NCBI GenBank assembly: GCA_021613535.1
Contig: CP075493.1
Coordinates: 16,368,001-16,432,000 of the forward strand
DNA length: 64,000 bases
Source: Adineta vaga
Taxonomy: Eukaryota; Animalia; Rotifera
Direction: 5' to 3'
In this document: piece after piece, positions 26,804 to 40,404 of the stretch
Layout: each line of letters opens with the position of its first letter
Numbering within the stretch: the stretch's first letter is position 1
Notes under the pieces: model-generated
Seen by the model: the letters and a program-made list of their open reading frames with translations, nothing else
Database searches by the model: none
Told to the model about the DNA's origin: nothing
Position numbers and translations under genes: made by a program

Positions 26804-26964
26804 GGGCAAGGGGGAAAAAGCGAGACTTCCATACTTCAGTACTTCCACACCCACCCACTGTATTCCCATCATACTTTCCTTGTACTACTCAGATACTTCC
26901 TCGTACTTCTATCATACTTCCACGATACTTTAAAGTACGGAAGTCTCGCTTCTTCCCCTTGTCC
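26804..26964. mobile_element. MITE with ~33-bp TIRs and internal TACTTC-type repeats
   Basis: GGGCAAGGGGGAAAAAGCGAGACTTCCATACTT vs reverse complement of right end GGACAAGGGGAAGAAGCGAGACTTCCGTACTT. Confidence 0.75.
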
Positions 26965-27567
26965 TTGGCTCAAGACGTTCTTTTTGTTGTATTATTTCTG
27001 GCTTCTTTGCCTCTTTTGATACTGTTTCTCTCCCTATGTCCTTAACAGTTACTTTCCCTTTGAAACAATTTCCCGCAAAACATTTCTATTCTATTAATAG
27101 TAAAGCTCGTCTGTGTGAGTGTAACGACAATCGCTATTAAGGCTAGAAACAGTTATTTTTCACGCTTAATTATTTAGGTAAAAATAACATGCGATTTGAA
27201 ATTCTATGTGAAAAAAAAAAGATTTAGAATACTTAACTCATAAAAATGTTCAAGGAAAAAAATCAGGAATAATTGGCTTTATTAACTCCTTTGTTAACTA
27301 AAACGGATGTGTTCTTTACACGAATTTCCGTGTCTCGACTATTATAATGTAGGCAAAGTTAGCACCATATTCAATTAATTCTTGTCCTTATTCATTTTAG
27401 AGCTTGTGTTGACTCTGGAAGCACTTGTGTAAAGTTCAAAATTCGATTCTCTATCGAGTGAGGGTGGTTTCAGTATGGATCATCGGGCAAAAACCAGGAT
27501 TATTCATCAGAATACTGATTTTTATAGTTTTATCAAATTATTTCGAGTAATTTCTGTCCGAATTCGC

Positions 27568-27603
27568 TTGAGGGTGAGGGTGAGGGTGTGAGTGTGTGTG
27601 TGT
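27568..27603 (+). repeat. Interstitial telomere-like repeat (TGAGGG)x3 + TG
   Basis: TTGAGGGTGAGGGTGAGGGTGTGAGTGTGTG. Confidence 0.7.
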
Positions 27604-28413
27604 GTCAGAGTGTGTGTTCGGGTCAGTGTGCCAATAGTGGCTGGACATACTTTCGGATTCACATAATCACGTTTCCTCCTCTTAAGCTTTTTCTCCGTTC
27701 CTCTTCTCATCAAAGAAAGGAAGATATTGCCCTTGATGTTATGTAATGTGGTAGTTCTGTCGTGCATACATTATTAGAGTACATGTAATTTCAAATATCT
27801 ATATGGGAAAATCATTTGTTAGCGACGTGACTTCGTAAAGTTGCAATACGTATATCTCAGCCTAATGAACGTTTTTACAGTTGATTTTTATATATTATAT
27901 GTATGGTGGGCCACGCTAGATACGCAGAAAAAATTAGCTCTAAAATGGCTAGTTTACGGGAGTTATCGATGAAACAGTTAGCGTTAGCGACGTGACGTAA
28001 AAAAGACATCACCCTTCGCTCCATGCACTTCAATTGTAAATTTCAGCGAATCTCAACCTTATCTTTTGAAACTAAATAGTACATTTTGTAGACGACTGTT
28101 TGCATTACAAAATAGCTATACAACGCCTTTTCTAATTACGTTTAGATTTTTCAATAATAAGCGCTCATCTGGTGTTAGCGACGAAATATAGATCTAATTC
28201 AAAAATGCACCCAAATCAGATTTTAGAATTGACATACCTAAAGATATGTATAGAGTGAAAGTCTCAGCAACACATATACTCTTCTCTATATTATCAGACG
28301 AATGTAAGACAATCATCTCAAGAAAATGCCAAACAACGTCACAGTATCACAAGCCATTGCAATAAATATACCATGTTATTAATAATTCCAAACCAATACC
28401 ACAGAGTTCCATC

Positions 28414-28487
28414 TTGAGGGGTGGGTGTGTGGGGTGGGTGTGGGTGTGGGTGTTAGATAGATGTAGTGCTCACACCCACACCCACCC
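28414..28487. repeat. Telomere-like hairpin element
   Basis: TTGAGGG(GTGGGT)n-GTTAGATAGATGTAGTGCT-CACACCCACACCCACCC. Confidence 0.85.
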
Positions 28488-29359
28488 AATATATCAAGAA
28501 GCATAAAATATCAACATAATCCGATAGAAACACGATATCATCACATAAAACCAAGAGTATCGACTTAATCCGTTTAAAAAGAAACAATTCAAAACTCATT
28601 CTACAACAAAATTATTCCTCATTAAAACAGACTAATCTACTATGCATGAAAATATTCAAGACATTTCTTTCTTTCTTACAAAAAACCAATACTCACATAA
28701 ATTTCTACTTTAAAATCAATTGCTCTTCTAGATTTAAAAACATAATCAATCCTATACTCCACAACAACAACATTATATAATTTGAATAGCTGTAATATAC
28801 CAAGGAAATCTCTCACATTCTACGTCAGTTCTTCAAAAAACTTTATTCATTTCATTTACCGTATTTCTGAAATCATCCATCAATTAGAACCTACAAAAAT
28901 TAATTTTGGTAATTAGTTTTCGAACTTTTCTTTTGAAGTTTTAATCTAATTCTTAAATTGATTTTCATGAAGATTATTCTTCTACCTACTGATGATTTTG
29001 ATACTTTCAACAAGTATTGAAAACTGGTTCGTGGTAGTTATATTAACATACAGACCCGAAGATTTAAAAGCCGAGCAAGAACGACTCACTAAATTAAGAG
29101 AAAGCTTATTAGCTAAAGGTTTACAAGTTTAATCTTCGATAAAATATAACTTTACAAATAATAAAATTTTATTTATGAAGTTTTATATTTCTCTCTATAT
29201 TTATAATGTTTGTGAACTGAATAAAGATAATCTTGACTTTATAATCTTTGACTAAAAACTGATTTTGTTTCGTGTAGATTTCGCATTTTTGTATGATATT
29301 TTCGTTTTGGAAGTACGATGCAACATCAAATATATCGATTACATACATTTCTTGTGTGA

Positions 29360-29427
29360 AGGGTATGAGTGTGGGTTGGTGTGGGCGGTCGGTCTCTATT
29401 CTACACACTCAAGCTCACACACATACC
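29360..29427. repeat. Degenerate telomere-like hairpin element
   Basis: G-arm / loop / C-arm; loop resembles reverse complement of the 62859 copy. Confidence 0.6.
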
Positions 29428-30940
29428 AATCCTGATGGTGAGAGTTGAGGATGGGTACCTTCTGTTCACTTTTACACGCCTACCCGAACCCTTGCTTTTC
29501 TTCACTTACTCCCGCTCTCAGTCTCTTTTAATCTTTCCTTTGATATATGGAGCGAGAAGAATCGATAAAAATGCGATAGTGGTCGCTTTGTAAGTAGGAA
29601 AGAAAGAACGAACATCATAAATGTCTGAATTTGCTCTCCTATTTATTTTTAAAGTGAATCACAATGACGCTGCCGAATTCTCTGTGAATGACGACGAGAG
29701 AAAAAAGATTTTTCTTTTACTTCCTGTTGGAATTTTCTAACTTGGCTGGTTTTTTCCTACATTGGATTATTTTTCTGCGTACAATGCTCTTGCCATTTCT
29801 ATTTTCATTTTTCGTTTAAAGGTATGTAGATAAAGAAAACAGTACATCGAAAATACAAGAGAAATATTTTTTCAATAAGAATAGTGCGTAATACATTTCT
29901 GTCGCATGGATAGGATGTTGTAGAGCATGCATGTCAGCAGAACTAGAACCGATACCGACTACCGGTCGGTCGGACCAATCGATCGATTTTAACGGCAATT
30001 TAGCCCTTTTCATATAAATATATACAAAACTTCTACGGGGTCTGAAGAGTCTTTTCCCAAGAATACGCACGTAGCTTTTTGTTGAAGTTCCCTTCATCAA
30101 TTACCACTGTCCAGGCTATAGACATATAAGTGTTTCTGGAACAAATTTCACGCTGGGCGGTACCATCTCTGAAAGTAGGCATGTGATGATACTAAGACGT
30201 TCATGTTAAGCGGTTTAATTCAATTAGCAAATCTTGTAGCACACTGCTAGAGAAGACAAGTTATTGTGATGATATAAGTAACTGCTATCAAAATTTTCAA
30301 AAAAGACAGTCGAACAAAATGCTTATAACTTTTTAATCAAAATAGCTCGAGTTCCGTAGGCTTCATTATTCGTAAGAAGGAATCGGGGGACGTTACCGAT
30401 CCTTGTTTTTGAACAATTAAGATCACAAGAGTCTAGCTACCTTGGTTAACAAACTATGAGGATTTTTTCCTCCATTGTTATTTACAAGACGAGTCACAGG
30501 CATCACTTAACTCACTAATATTAATGTTTATGTGATATATCAATCACTAGTATTAATTTATCAAAATAGACGATAAAATGAACGAGCTGATTTTAATATT
30601 TCTTTACTTTGACTCTTCAGTCAAGTGAAAATTACTTCCTGAAAGTAACGATAAATAATAAAATTTGAATAAAGGTTTTCATTATCGAGGCATTTGAAAT
30701 TGATAGGTTGTTTTTCCATATTTTTCGGTTATGTTTCGGCTAGAAGATAGCTATCTTGAGAACAAACAAGCCTTCCATCAAACATGACTAAAATCTCTCA
30801 CAATTGATAATCGTATGTTTGGAAGATTTTCTGCTGGATTTTGAGAAACTATTTATCAATTCAGATGCACCGATGCTGAAAATCGTTATCGAAGTTCCAC
30901 TAAAAACAATTTCCTTTGCTGAACTATTCTAATTAAAAAT

Positions 30941-31001
30941 GGATGAATGTGGGTATGAGCAGAGAAAAGGTACGTACACTCACACAGATCCACACCCTCA
31001 A
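30941..31001. repeat. Degenerate telomere-like hairpin element
   Basis: TGTGGGTATGAG ... CTCACAC ... CCACACCCTCAA. Confidence 0.65.
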
Positions 31002-31499
31002 CTGTATCCAAAACACCAAAATGCCGGATTGATTTTGAGGCTGACACATGGCTAGAGACGATTTACCTTAAAACTTAGACGAATCTAACAAAATACTTTC
31101 GTTTTGTATTTTAACTATCAGATAATGTTTATTATAAGCTTCTCTTGATTGACTTTGAAATCATCACACTCAAAGCAAGTTTTTTCATCAGCTGAATTAA
31201 AGAATTCTAATACCGAAAAATATATTTTTGTCAAGAGAAGTAAATATGCTGTTAGATTTTTGAGCTGACTGCTCATCTCTCACAGTTTTTGTCGCTTTTC
31301 CAAACACATTATAATTCTTAAGAAACATAATTGATTCCGAAAATATAGCACTAACCTCGAGCATTGTGAGTTTTTTTCAAATGAAGGTGTCCGTGATGTA
31401 GTGTTGTGTTTGTTCCTATCGAAAGACCTACGAATGTTTTTGTCCTATAAAGATGTATTTTATTTTATCTATAATATAGAACAGCATTACGAGTTAGCA

Positions 31500-33378
31500 A
31501 TGTCTCTGGATATCGTTGAATCTGCAGCGAACCTTCGTCAATATGGACGGATCGAGTTTCAACTTATCGGACAAAATTCTATTCAGGAGACTGCTCCTCT
31601 AGATGACACCAATATCTGGCAATACATTGAGACTGTACAACCTGAACGACAACGACAAGAACATTTTTGTCAAAAAGGTATGTCTATTTGCGAAAATAAT
31701 TAAAGAGAGTAGATAGGTTTCAGTGAACCGCCAGTTAATTAAAAAGTCTACCCCGCCACCGCGCCGCCGAGTCATTTATTAAAATGATCGCACCGTCACC
31801 GCTCCGCGTCACCAAGAACTTCGTATAAAAAGTACTTCTTTTTCACTGAGAAAATAAGCAAGGCGTTTTCTATTTGTTGAGGATTTAATCACCTACGTCC
31901 GGAATTGATTATCAAACTATCGGCACTGAGCTGACGTTCGACATTAGCTACTTGCTGGAATTGAATAAAGTGACCGAGCGAGTTGCGATAAAATATGATA
32001 AATGAATCGATTTCTGTACCAAAATTTTAGAGGATTATGGTCGACCAAAGTAATATCAATTCGTTGCTTCAAATATTTGTTGAGTTCATCATCGTACTCG
32101 CCGTCGAATTCATCACTACAATATTATCGGTTTTAAAATCTCCTACAAGATGTTTTAGTTTCTTTTAAGCCGGTTCAGGTGTACGCTCTAAAAAAATCGG
32201 TTTCCTGCCGAACTTAAATCAAGGTTTAGTGAGCTGATATACCAAAAAGGATTTTCCCTCCAGGCACACGGGGAGAAGCTTTCCTACTGAATCTTTTTTA
32301 TCTTCCGTAGCCGAAAAAAAAACTTGGTACCAAAATACCAAGCATTCTAGCTTAATAAAAAAAACTTTCAGGTTCAGTACAATACTTTCGGGGTTTAATA
32401 TAAAATGTTCAAAACTCCCTGATGAACTTAGAAGGTTCGGTAGTTTTGGAACAAAATTTGTTTTTGTCTATGGAACATAAAAAGCTTCAGCAGAAAAACT
32501 TCTTCCCGTGTTCCCAGGTAAGAACCTTTTCTGGTTTATCAGATCGCTAAATCTTTTTTAAGTTTGGTAGAAGATCTATTTTTTCAGAGTGTAACTGGAT
32601 CATCAACTATTGCAGATTGGTTTCGTTGAGTATCCTCTGTGGATTTCATCTTTTCCATAATTTCATAGTCAACACTGTTTATTCTTTTCGAACAATTTTA
32701 ATGCTTAAAACATATCTACAAGACAACTGTTAGATATCGTTAAAGAGTTGTGTTCTATTCAGGAAACCTGCATCATAAGGAGGCGGAGCGAATCGTCAAA
32801 TCTCATATCGCCGGTTTGCGGATCTCTGATAGGTTTTTTAATAGGATAAATTTGTTTCAGTTTTTAATTAGACATTATTGTTGCCCTTTTTAGTGTTTTC
32901 TACCGTCATCAAAATTATTGTATTTACTGATACCATATTAACATCGTTAGTTCCGAACTTTCTGTCAAAACTTTTTCGCAGCCAAGACATTGATATAATT
33001 GAGCATTGGAACGAAGAATCTTTCTTTCAGAGTATCAATCCAGATGACTCAATCACGCATTTCATTATCATCAATTCAAGGCGAAAGGTTGAAAACTTAG
33101 TTAATCGGGTTCACTCTCGTCAAAACATTCAGGCAATGTATCTACATTGTGAGACAAAAGCACTGAAGTACCAGCGACGACTAGCGCGGAATTATTCCAA
33201 ATTGGATGCTGTCTATGACGACTCTCTTCGACTATTGGTCAAACTTATAATGGATATAGCATTATTTTGCGAGGAAACAGCCGATCGTCAAAAAGCTTAT
33301 GCACCATTGAAAAAAGCTGCTTATAGGAACTATCAGCGTTCAATTGATCTCTACGCGTTTGCAGAAACTATGGTCTAA
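31500..33378 (+). CDS. Uncharacterised protein with receiver-like alpha/beta domain; TE-filled first intron
   Basis: Exon 31500-~31677 with GT donor; ORF 32878-33378 THFIIIN...IQAMYLHC...KLDAVYDD resembles the N-terminal domain of the 46846 protein. Confidence 0.5.
31725..32150 (-). mobile_element. hAT transposase C-terminal dimerisation-domain relic with subterminal CCGCCG motifs
   Basis: DDELNKYL...NPLKFWY...LSQLARSLYSIPASS/ANVERQLS, frameshift and stop. Confidence 0.85.
32184..32591. mobile_element. Fold-back MITE with long imperfect TIRs, TA flanks
   Basis: TA-CGCTCTAAAAAAAT... / ...ATTTTTTCAGAGTG-TA; arms align over >150 bp. Confidence 0.8.
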
Positions 33379-33633
33379 TTATATATTTTGACCGACTGAC
33401 ATTGATTCACATGCGTTAAAACTATTTTTTGTTTATACTAATCATACCATAAACATTATGGAATGATAACTTAGTTTGTTTTCATATTTTGGTTATACAA
33501 TACGTTTCAAACTAAAATGTACTTCATTTTATTTTAGATAAACACATACATTTCTATTACTATCGACTTGCGATAATTATACTAGTTTATCGTCTTCATA
33601 TCGTCTGCTTGAAACATCGAACGTATAGTACTA

Positions 33634-36212
33634 ATGGACAAAGATATTCGCCGAATGATTCTGGTCTTAGAATCAGAAGGTGTTCGTGGTAATCCTGTAA
33701 ATGCGAACCAAAAGAGATTTACTGAAAATGATGATTTAATCGATCATATTTATAAAAATTTTGCACAAGTAGACTCGTTTGAAGTTTACACACATTATAG
33801 GCATTCATATGAAATGGTTCATTCTGGTATCATAGACTTGAGGCAATTGAAACGCATTACATTTTATTGCGATTCAGAGGTTGATATATGTCAAGCCAAA
33901 TTGTCGCATAGCAAAAGTTCCAAATTTATCTTTTGTTTGATAACAGAAGTGACAAATCGCATTCAAAACGCTCTCGATTCTGATGTTCTCAATCCATCAC
34001 TGCCAGTCAATACAGATAGTTTGGCATCAAAATTAGCCGAGAGAAGACGCCGAGTACAAAGCAAGCAACAGAATCTAACAACAGATGGGTTTTCAACACC
34101 GTTGCAATCCAGTGTAGGTTTTGATGTACTAAATATTAGTTTCATCAATCAAACATACTTGTGTCTATTTTGTTCACAGCTTTTACATGAGGCGGTCCAA
34201 CGTCAATGTAGTCATCGTCAATGTGCATCATGTGCGGAGAATTGGACAGAGTGTGTTTTATTTGATATTCTTGCAAATTAAATAGTATTCTTCTGCCTAT
34301 TTATTGCGTAGAAATGCCGGCAAATGTCCGAAATGTCAAGAAGAAACAACTAAGAATGTAGTGAAGTTTTTTTACTTTATTTAATATCATGTGTATTCAT
34401 ATATATTTTTAGACGCCCATTGATCGCGGCTTCCAACAGGATATGAGAACATTGGCTCTTACTTCTTCGTTTTGTGACTGGCGTGGTAAATTACGAAGCT
34501 ATCAAGTAAGACAACACATATAGAATACTGAATAAAGCATTGAAAATCTGTAATCGTAGTATTCCCTTCTGAGAACAAATAAAAGAAAAGCATCTGAAAG
34601 AAATGTGATCATCTTCTAATAATTTGAGAATAATAATAGAAACTTAAATCAGGAATTATTACAAATAAGTTGATGATTTGATTAGTACATTTATATTTAG
34701 TAAAGACTTGATGTAAAGTAAGAGATTTCTATTTATCTTTGATTGATGATCATATTTTGTTTCAAAGGTTTCTTTTGATCAATGTCATGAAGATTCAGTC
34801 TGCGAATATTGTGATGAACAATTTAACTCAACAAACGCTCTCAATCAACATATGCGACATGAATGTCCGATGATAACTGTGTCATGTGCTCTAAAGGAAT
34901 ACGGTTGTTCACATTCAGTATGTTCTGAGATGCACTTATCAGCTATATTTTCAATTTATTTCTCTTTCTCAAGGGGTTTCGCGCCGAAATGAAAAAACAT
35001 TATTTGTCAGAAGAACATCAAGGTGCACTATTCCACTTCGTACGCCGTTTAGAATTGGGCTTACGCCGTGAACCGCATCAAAATAGTAATGATCGTGACA
35101 TTGGTCAATTGCAACAGATATGTCAGTTAGGCAATAGCCTTGCTGATAGAATCCAGATATTGGAAAAAGATCTGTCCTGTATTTCTGATAAAAATGTTCA
35201 TTTACAAAATTCATTGGAAACTGTTATGAAAGACGTTATTTCACTTAAATCGAGCGCAGAAGAACAAAATATTTGCCTCGATCGAATGAAATGCATGCAA
35301 GAAACCTTGAAACGAGATATCGAATCAATAAAACATAACGTCGAAAGTACGCATCATATGCCAGATGATGGAACGCTGGTATGGAAAATACCAAATTTTC
35401 TAGAAAAACTGGGTAAGATTCTATTTACAATTTCTATAACTTTCATACGAAACGTAACCCTATAAGAGGCAATTTGTGAAAGCGTTTTCGGTAACATTAA
35501 ATCTCTCAGATGATACTTTGACATATTCTCTTCTAATTTTTTTTGAGGAAAAAAGATCGAAAAATGAGACATGATAATTCTGTGATTCATTAAACTTTTT
35601 CATTTGGTAGCTGATGCTCAGTCTGAAAGGCAAACATCAATTTATTCACCTCCATTTTACACATCGCCCACTGGCTACAAAATGCGTATGCGCTTATATT
35701 TGAATGGTGAAGGTAATGCTCGCCGCACACATATGTCACTCTTCTTTGTTCTTATGCGAGGCGAGTATGATGGAATCTTGAAGTTTCCATTCAATTATAC
35801 AGTAACATTTTGCTTGTTCGATCAAACTGATTCACGACGACATATCATTGACTCTTTTCGACCAGATGTGAAATTAAATAGTTTTCAACGACCACGTTCA
35901 AACATGAATATTGCTAGTGGCATACCAAAATTTGTACCTTTAAGCGTCTTGGAAGGAGAAAACAATTCTTATATTCAAGATGATACAATGTTCATTAAAG
36001 GAATGGTTGATTTTGTTAATATACCTCGTGCGCTGTTACCAGATGTATTTGGGATCAATCCAGCTTTACCTATTTATAGACAACATGATATTATTCTTGA
36101 AATCGTAGACAGATATAGGCGACACCGATTGATTCGCTGTATACAAGCTTTGTGTGATACTTATCAAATCGATCGGAGTACTGTGTATCTGTCACCATCC
36201 ACAGCTGAATAA
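33634..36212 (+). CDS. TRAF-family protein (RING, zinc finger, coiled coil, MATH), multi-exon
   Basis: RING CLFC...CSHRQCASC...CPKC; GTLVWKI; MATH SIYSPPFYTSPTGYKMRMRLYLNG...FFVLMRGEYD..L.FPF. Confidence 0.9.
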
Positions 36213-36501
36213 ATAATTGATATACAGTGTAATGTTGTCTGTAAGGCTTCGTCATCGATATTTGCTGCCTTATTTTTTATCTTTTTTTGTGATATTGATT
36301 TATTTACATATAGGATATCGGCTACGTACGCCATGAATCGTCATTACATAGGATGATTTTAAACTTATAAAAATAGAAAAAGCTGTCTCTGAAATTGAAA
36401 GTACACTATCGACAGATTATCAAACGTCTTCCACGCTTTGAAATACTTTTCAGGCGAACGGTATAAATCAGATTCTTCTTCTATTATGCGTATAAAACAG
36501 A

Positions 36502-36621
36502 AGGGTCTGGGTGAGCATGAGGATTTTTGTCGTTTCCATCCACACGCACACCCACACCCACACCCTCACCCACACCTACACCCACACCCTCACCCACACC
36601 TACACCCACCCACCCACACCC
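36502..36621. repeat. Interstitial telomere-like array (CCCACA/CCCTCA)n with short G-arm
   Basis: About 13 mixed CCCACA/CCCTCA/CCTACA units preceded by GGGTCTGGGTGAG. Confidence 0.85.
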
Positions 36622-37493
36622 TAGTGGAAAATTCAGTAATTAGTAAGTTTTCCTATCTTTACTTACTGGAATACAACAACTAAGGTACTCATTCGATAGA
36701 TCTCATCGAGTTCTATCTTGGTCCAACACTGATCTAACCTAATCTAACCTTTAAGTCAATATTTTTTGGATATAGTAAATTCATTAGTAATGGTTTACTA
36801 TTTAGTGATTTCTACCACTATAGTACGTTCAAAGACAGCATCCAAGGTATTCAATCGATAGAGCTCGAGTTATTCTATGGATGTATGAAGTTTCAGCGTT
36901 TGGTCTAACCTACAGGCGAATCCTTTTATAAAAAACTCGAATCCTAGTCTAAGATATCCTACGTTTGTCACTAATGGTAACCTCTTTCCATAACATTGGA
37001 ATCAGCAAAGAACAACTCGAGTATATTTTGAAGTTTTTTATCGCTATAGATAAAAGTACTTATCGTCTAAATATTTTATGATAATTATGAACATAAAACA
37101 CATTGAATGGATGAAAACTGTTGAAAAGATCACTTATCTTATTCTCTACGCGAATAATGATCCGAAAAAAAAATGATTTCAATCGATTGTATCTTTTCAG
37201 TTAGATACACTGTCACTGAAAAAGTACGAATTTTCATTACAGAACTGTTTTATTCCTAGATAGAAAAAAATTGTTTTTTTTATGCTAATGATGTTTCTAT
37301 TCTCTATACTCGAACTTGAATATGATTTTGAATGTAGATATTTTTAAAAATAAAGCGTACTCTTTCATACCACTTTACGAGCGAATAATTATCGGCCTTT
37401 TTGCTCTCTCTCCTTTTCAAGTATTAAAAGTAAAGAGGTTGAAGAAAAATAAAAAACTAATTTCTTTGTGACAATCATTCAGAAAAAAGAAAG

Positions 37494-38952
37494 ATGCGTA
37501 AAACATTGAAGATCTGTCTTTTTGTCTTATTTATTTTTCATACTGATTGTATTTATCTTAATAAGTTGAATAGTTTCCGAATCATCGGTAATATCTCTGA
37601 AATATTGAACAATAAAACAAAACACGAATGTGTATGTACAATGATGAGTTCAAATCAAATGATAACATCATTAAATTATTTTTCAAATAATCAAACATGT
37701 CAATTATTTTATGCAAATCTTACTGCAGTCACGTTTGAATGGGATCCAACTTCATCTTTAATCTATACAAATCAATCGACGATCTTTTCAGCAATTAGTA
37801 AGTTTTTTTTTTCATGAATGTAAAATTATTCTAGATATATATAAAGAAAAACGTTCGTTTGTTTATCGATCTACTCTTCTCACCAAACTCTCTATAGATC
37901 GGATTGCATTACGAAAAAGTAAGAGGGATTCGCATGTTATATTATATAAGTGGTTTTATCTAAAACACGAATGATCTCCTATCGTTTCTGATATACGAAA
38001 TTTCAAATCTAGAAGGTTCTGGACCAACATCAAGTATCTTCACAAGTTTTTTATATAATATTTTACAGAACATTGTTCATAAATATTTCTTATTTTGTAT
38101 ATAAGTCTTCGACTCATAATTTCTTTTGTCTTTCTTTTTTTTAGAAATGACGACCAGTACAACGGTATCCACGTAAGCTTTGATGAAAAACGTATCGTTT
38201 ACATACGATTCGATGATAAAGAGTACTTTTTACAGTCAAACATGTAGTTTATATAGAAAAAAATAGATTTTCGAAGCATTTCTTGGATCTACTGTATAAA
38301 TAAGGTCAGTAGTCGACTATAGACAGCATATTGTACTTTTCTTACTAATTCATTGAGCGATTCGATCGTTATTGATCGAAATGATCGACCAGAATTAATT
38401 TAATATAGTTATATTTGTGCTAATAAAAAATGATATATCATTTTAAAAGACTATCGTTATAAATTGTCTTTCTTCTTTTTATAAATATTTTTTGAAAGTT
38501 ATTGCTTTTTTATACGATAATCGTTGTATCTCTATATACTTAGTACAACAACATCCGTTCCACCGTGCAATGTCACAGCATGTCGTACACGAATTCAAAG
38601 TTATATTGCACAAAATTGGACATACGATACAATAAATTTTCCTGAATGCAATGGTTGTTCTCGTGCGAATTTCTCAAATTTTCCATCAGATTGGTCTAAT
38701 AGATGGTATATTCAGAACTTTTATATTTATTCTTCAAGCAGTGTGGATTGTGTCGGAAATCCATATATCGGTGATCTAGCGTTTTGTCAAAAAGCATGTC
38801 TGACAGATATAACATGTGTCGGCTTTTCTCGAGCTAAGAACGCTCTAAATACCGATTCTACTGCAGAATGTTATTTGAAAAGCAATATTACAGTAAGTCG
38901 AATATACAACAGTACCACATGGCAAACAGTGGCTTTCAATACTACGACATAG
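37494..38952 (+). CDS. Secreted PAN/apple-domain protein
   Basis: Signal peptide; CVC...SLNY....TCQL; Thr-rich micro-exon ~38146-38172; CQKACLTDITCVGF...CYLK. Confidence 0.7.
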
Positions 38953-39102
38953 ATTATACAAAGAACGAACATCATACGATACAATACAACAGTTTATGCG
39001 TTTTCTTTGTTCACTTTTCATACCTACATTATTTAATTCAAAGCTTTATTATATTGTACTCTGTATAATTTTATGAGTATTAGACTATAAAAATAAATAG
39101 GA

Positions 39103-39159
39103 TGTGGGTGGGTGTGTATGGATGCAGGTCTCTGCTCCTTATTTTCACACCCACACCCA
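39103..39159. repeat. Telomere-like hairpin element
   Basis: TGTGGGTGGGTGTG ... CACACCCACACCC. Confidence 0.7.
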
Positions 39160-39489
39160 GAAAAATAGCAACGAAATGCGTATTTCTCCTCTTTGTCTTA
39201 CTCATTCATTTAGATTCGACTCTATTTTTATTTTCATAACCGTTATCTTCAATCATTCTTTCTGGTTTTCATTCGCATTTGCTACTCAAGATATCATTGT
39301 GCAAAACAATTCATCATTTATTTCAAAGTGAATAAAATCATAATTTTTGTTGAAGGGTGTGGATAATTGTCGCATCCAGTAGTCCTAACTTTCACCAGAT
39401 TTTTTATTTTGGTTTTCGATATTTCTACTTTCGGGATTATGTAGGGAGATCAGAATATAGTCTATTGGTATAATGATATTGTCAAATAA

Positions 39490-39850
39490 TTCGCTTATCT
39501 CCTTGCTGTAACTCTTGTTGAACAGTCTGCGAAACATTATTCCCACGAAACAGATCTAGCCATTCCATTTTCTAGAACAGGATGAAACAAAAATTAAAGA
39601 GATGTAAAGAGAATAAAACTCATCGTATTATTTCGCAGGCCATCAGCTAGATGTTGTACACCAATATCTCCAATTTGATTCTCTCTTAGATCCAGCGTTA
39701 TGAGTGCCTGTGTATGTCGCAGAAAATAGAGTTGAGGAAAGTAGAAAGAGACTAAAGCTCACCGTATTACTTCGCAGAGCATCAACGAGATATTGTACAC
39801 CCTCAGCTCTAATTTGATCGTCTGTAAGATACAATGTAGTGAGTACCTAC
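39490..39850 (-). pseudogene. Orphan 3' exons of an RNI/NLRC3-like LRR gene
   Basis: 28-aa LRR exons LTTLYLTDDQIRAEGVQYLVDALRSNT and LITLDLRENQIGDIGVQHLADGLRNN; no upstream exons seen. Confidence 0.7.
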
Positions 39851-40404
39851 ATGTATGGCAGTAAAATAACGGATCGTCCCGTGTACCGGCGGAAAGATCC
39901 TTTTTTGGTTCGCTAAAACTCTTTTTTTATAGTGTGGAATTAGGAATAACATTTAAGAGAGACTTAGTAAGGCTATAAGCTGAGCTGCTCAAATATGTCT
40001 TGGATTTCGGTTCATGTTATTCTATTTAAAAGATCAAATTGTGTATGCAGAAAATCCAAAATATTAGGGTCATTTGCGACTGAAATACTGATGAAATTGC
40101 TGGGTAGTGGGGCGAGACTGAGTATCCAACGGAAAATTCTTCAGTAGAATTTGAATCAACATTTCAGAAATTAGCGAGAGTGGTGATAATAAAGTACCAA
40201 AACAACAAAATTTGAAAAGCAAAATGAGATCGGCACTTTATGGAAGATCGTGAGAGTATCGTTTTCTAATATGATGTGTATACATGTTGTATTTTTCTGA
40301 ATAACAGCAACTATGTGTTTTTTAGAAAAAGATTTTGTAATTTGAAATCCATTCGATAACGTTTTTGGCTTTCTTATGTTACTATTCTCTTCTAGTGTAG
40401 TAAT

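Noticed and set aside
28870-29132. 3' gene fragment ending ...LRESLLAKGLQV
   Set aside because: Has stops and frameshifts; homologue not recognised
30725-30762. Minus-strand CTCAAGA...CCGAAAC hammerhead-like motif
   Set aside because: Core G5 mutated; no valid stem III or cleavage triplet
36438-36683. His-Pro repeat ORF
   Set aside because: Translation artefact of the CCCACA telomere-like array
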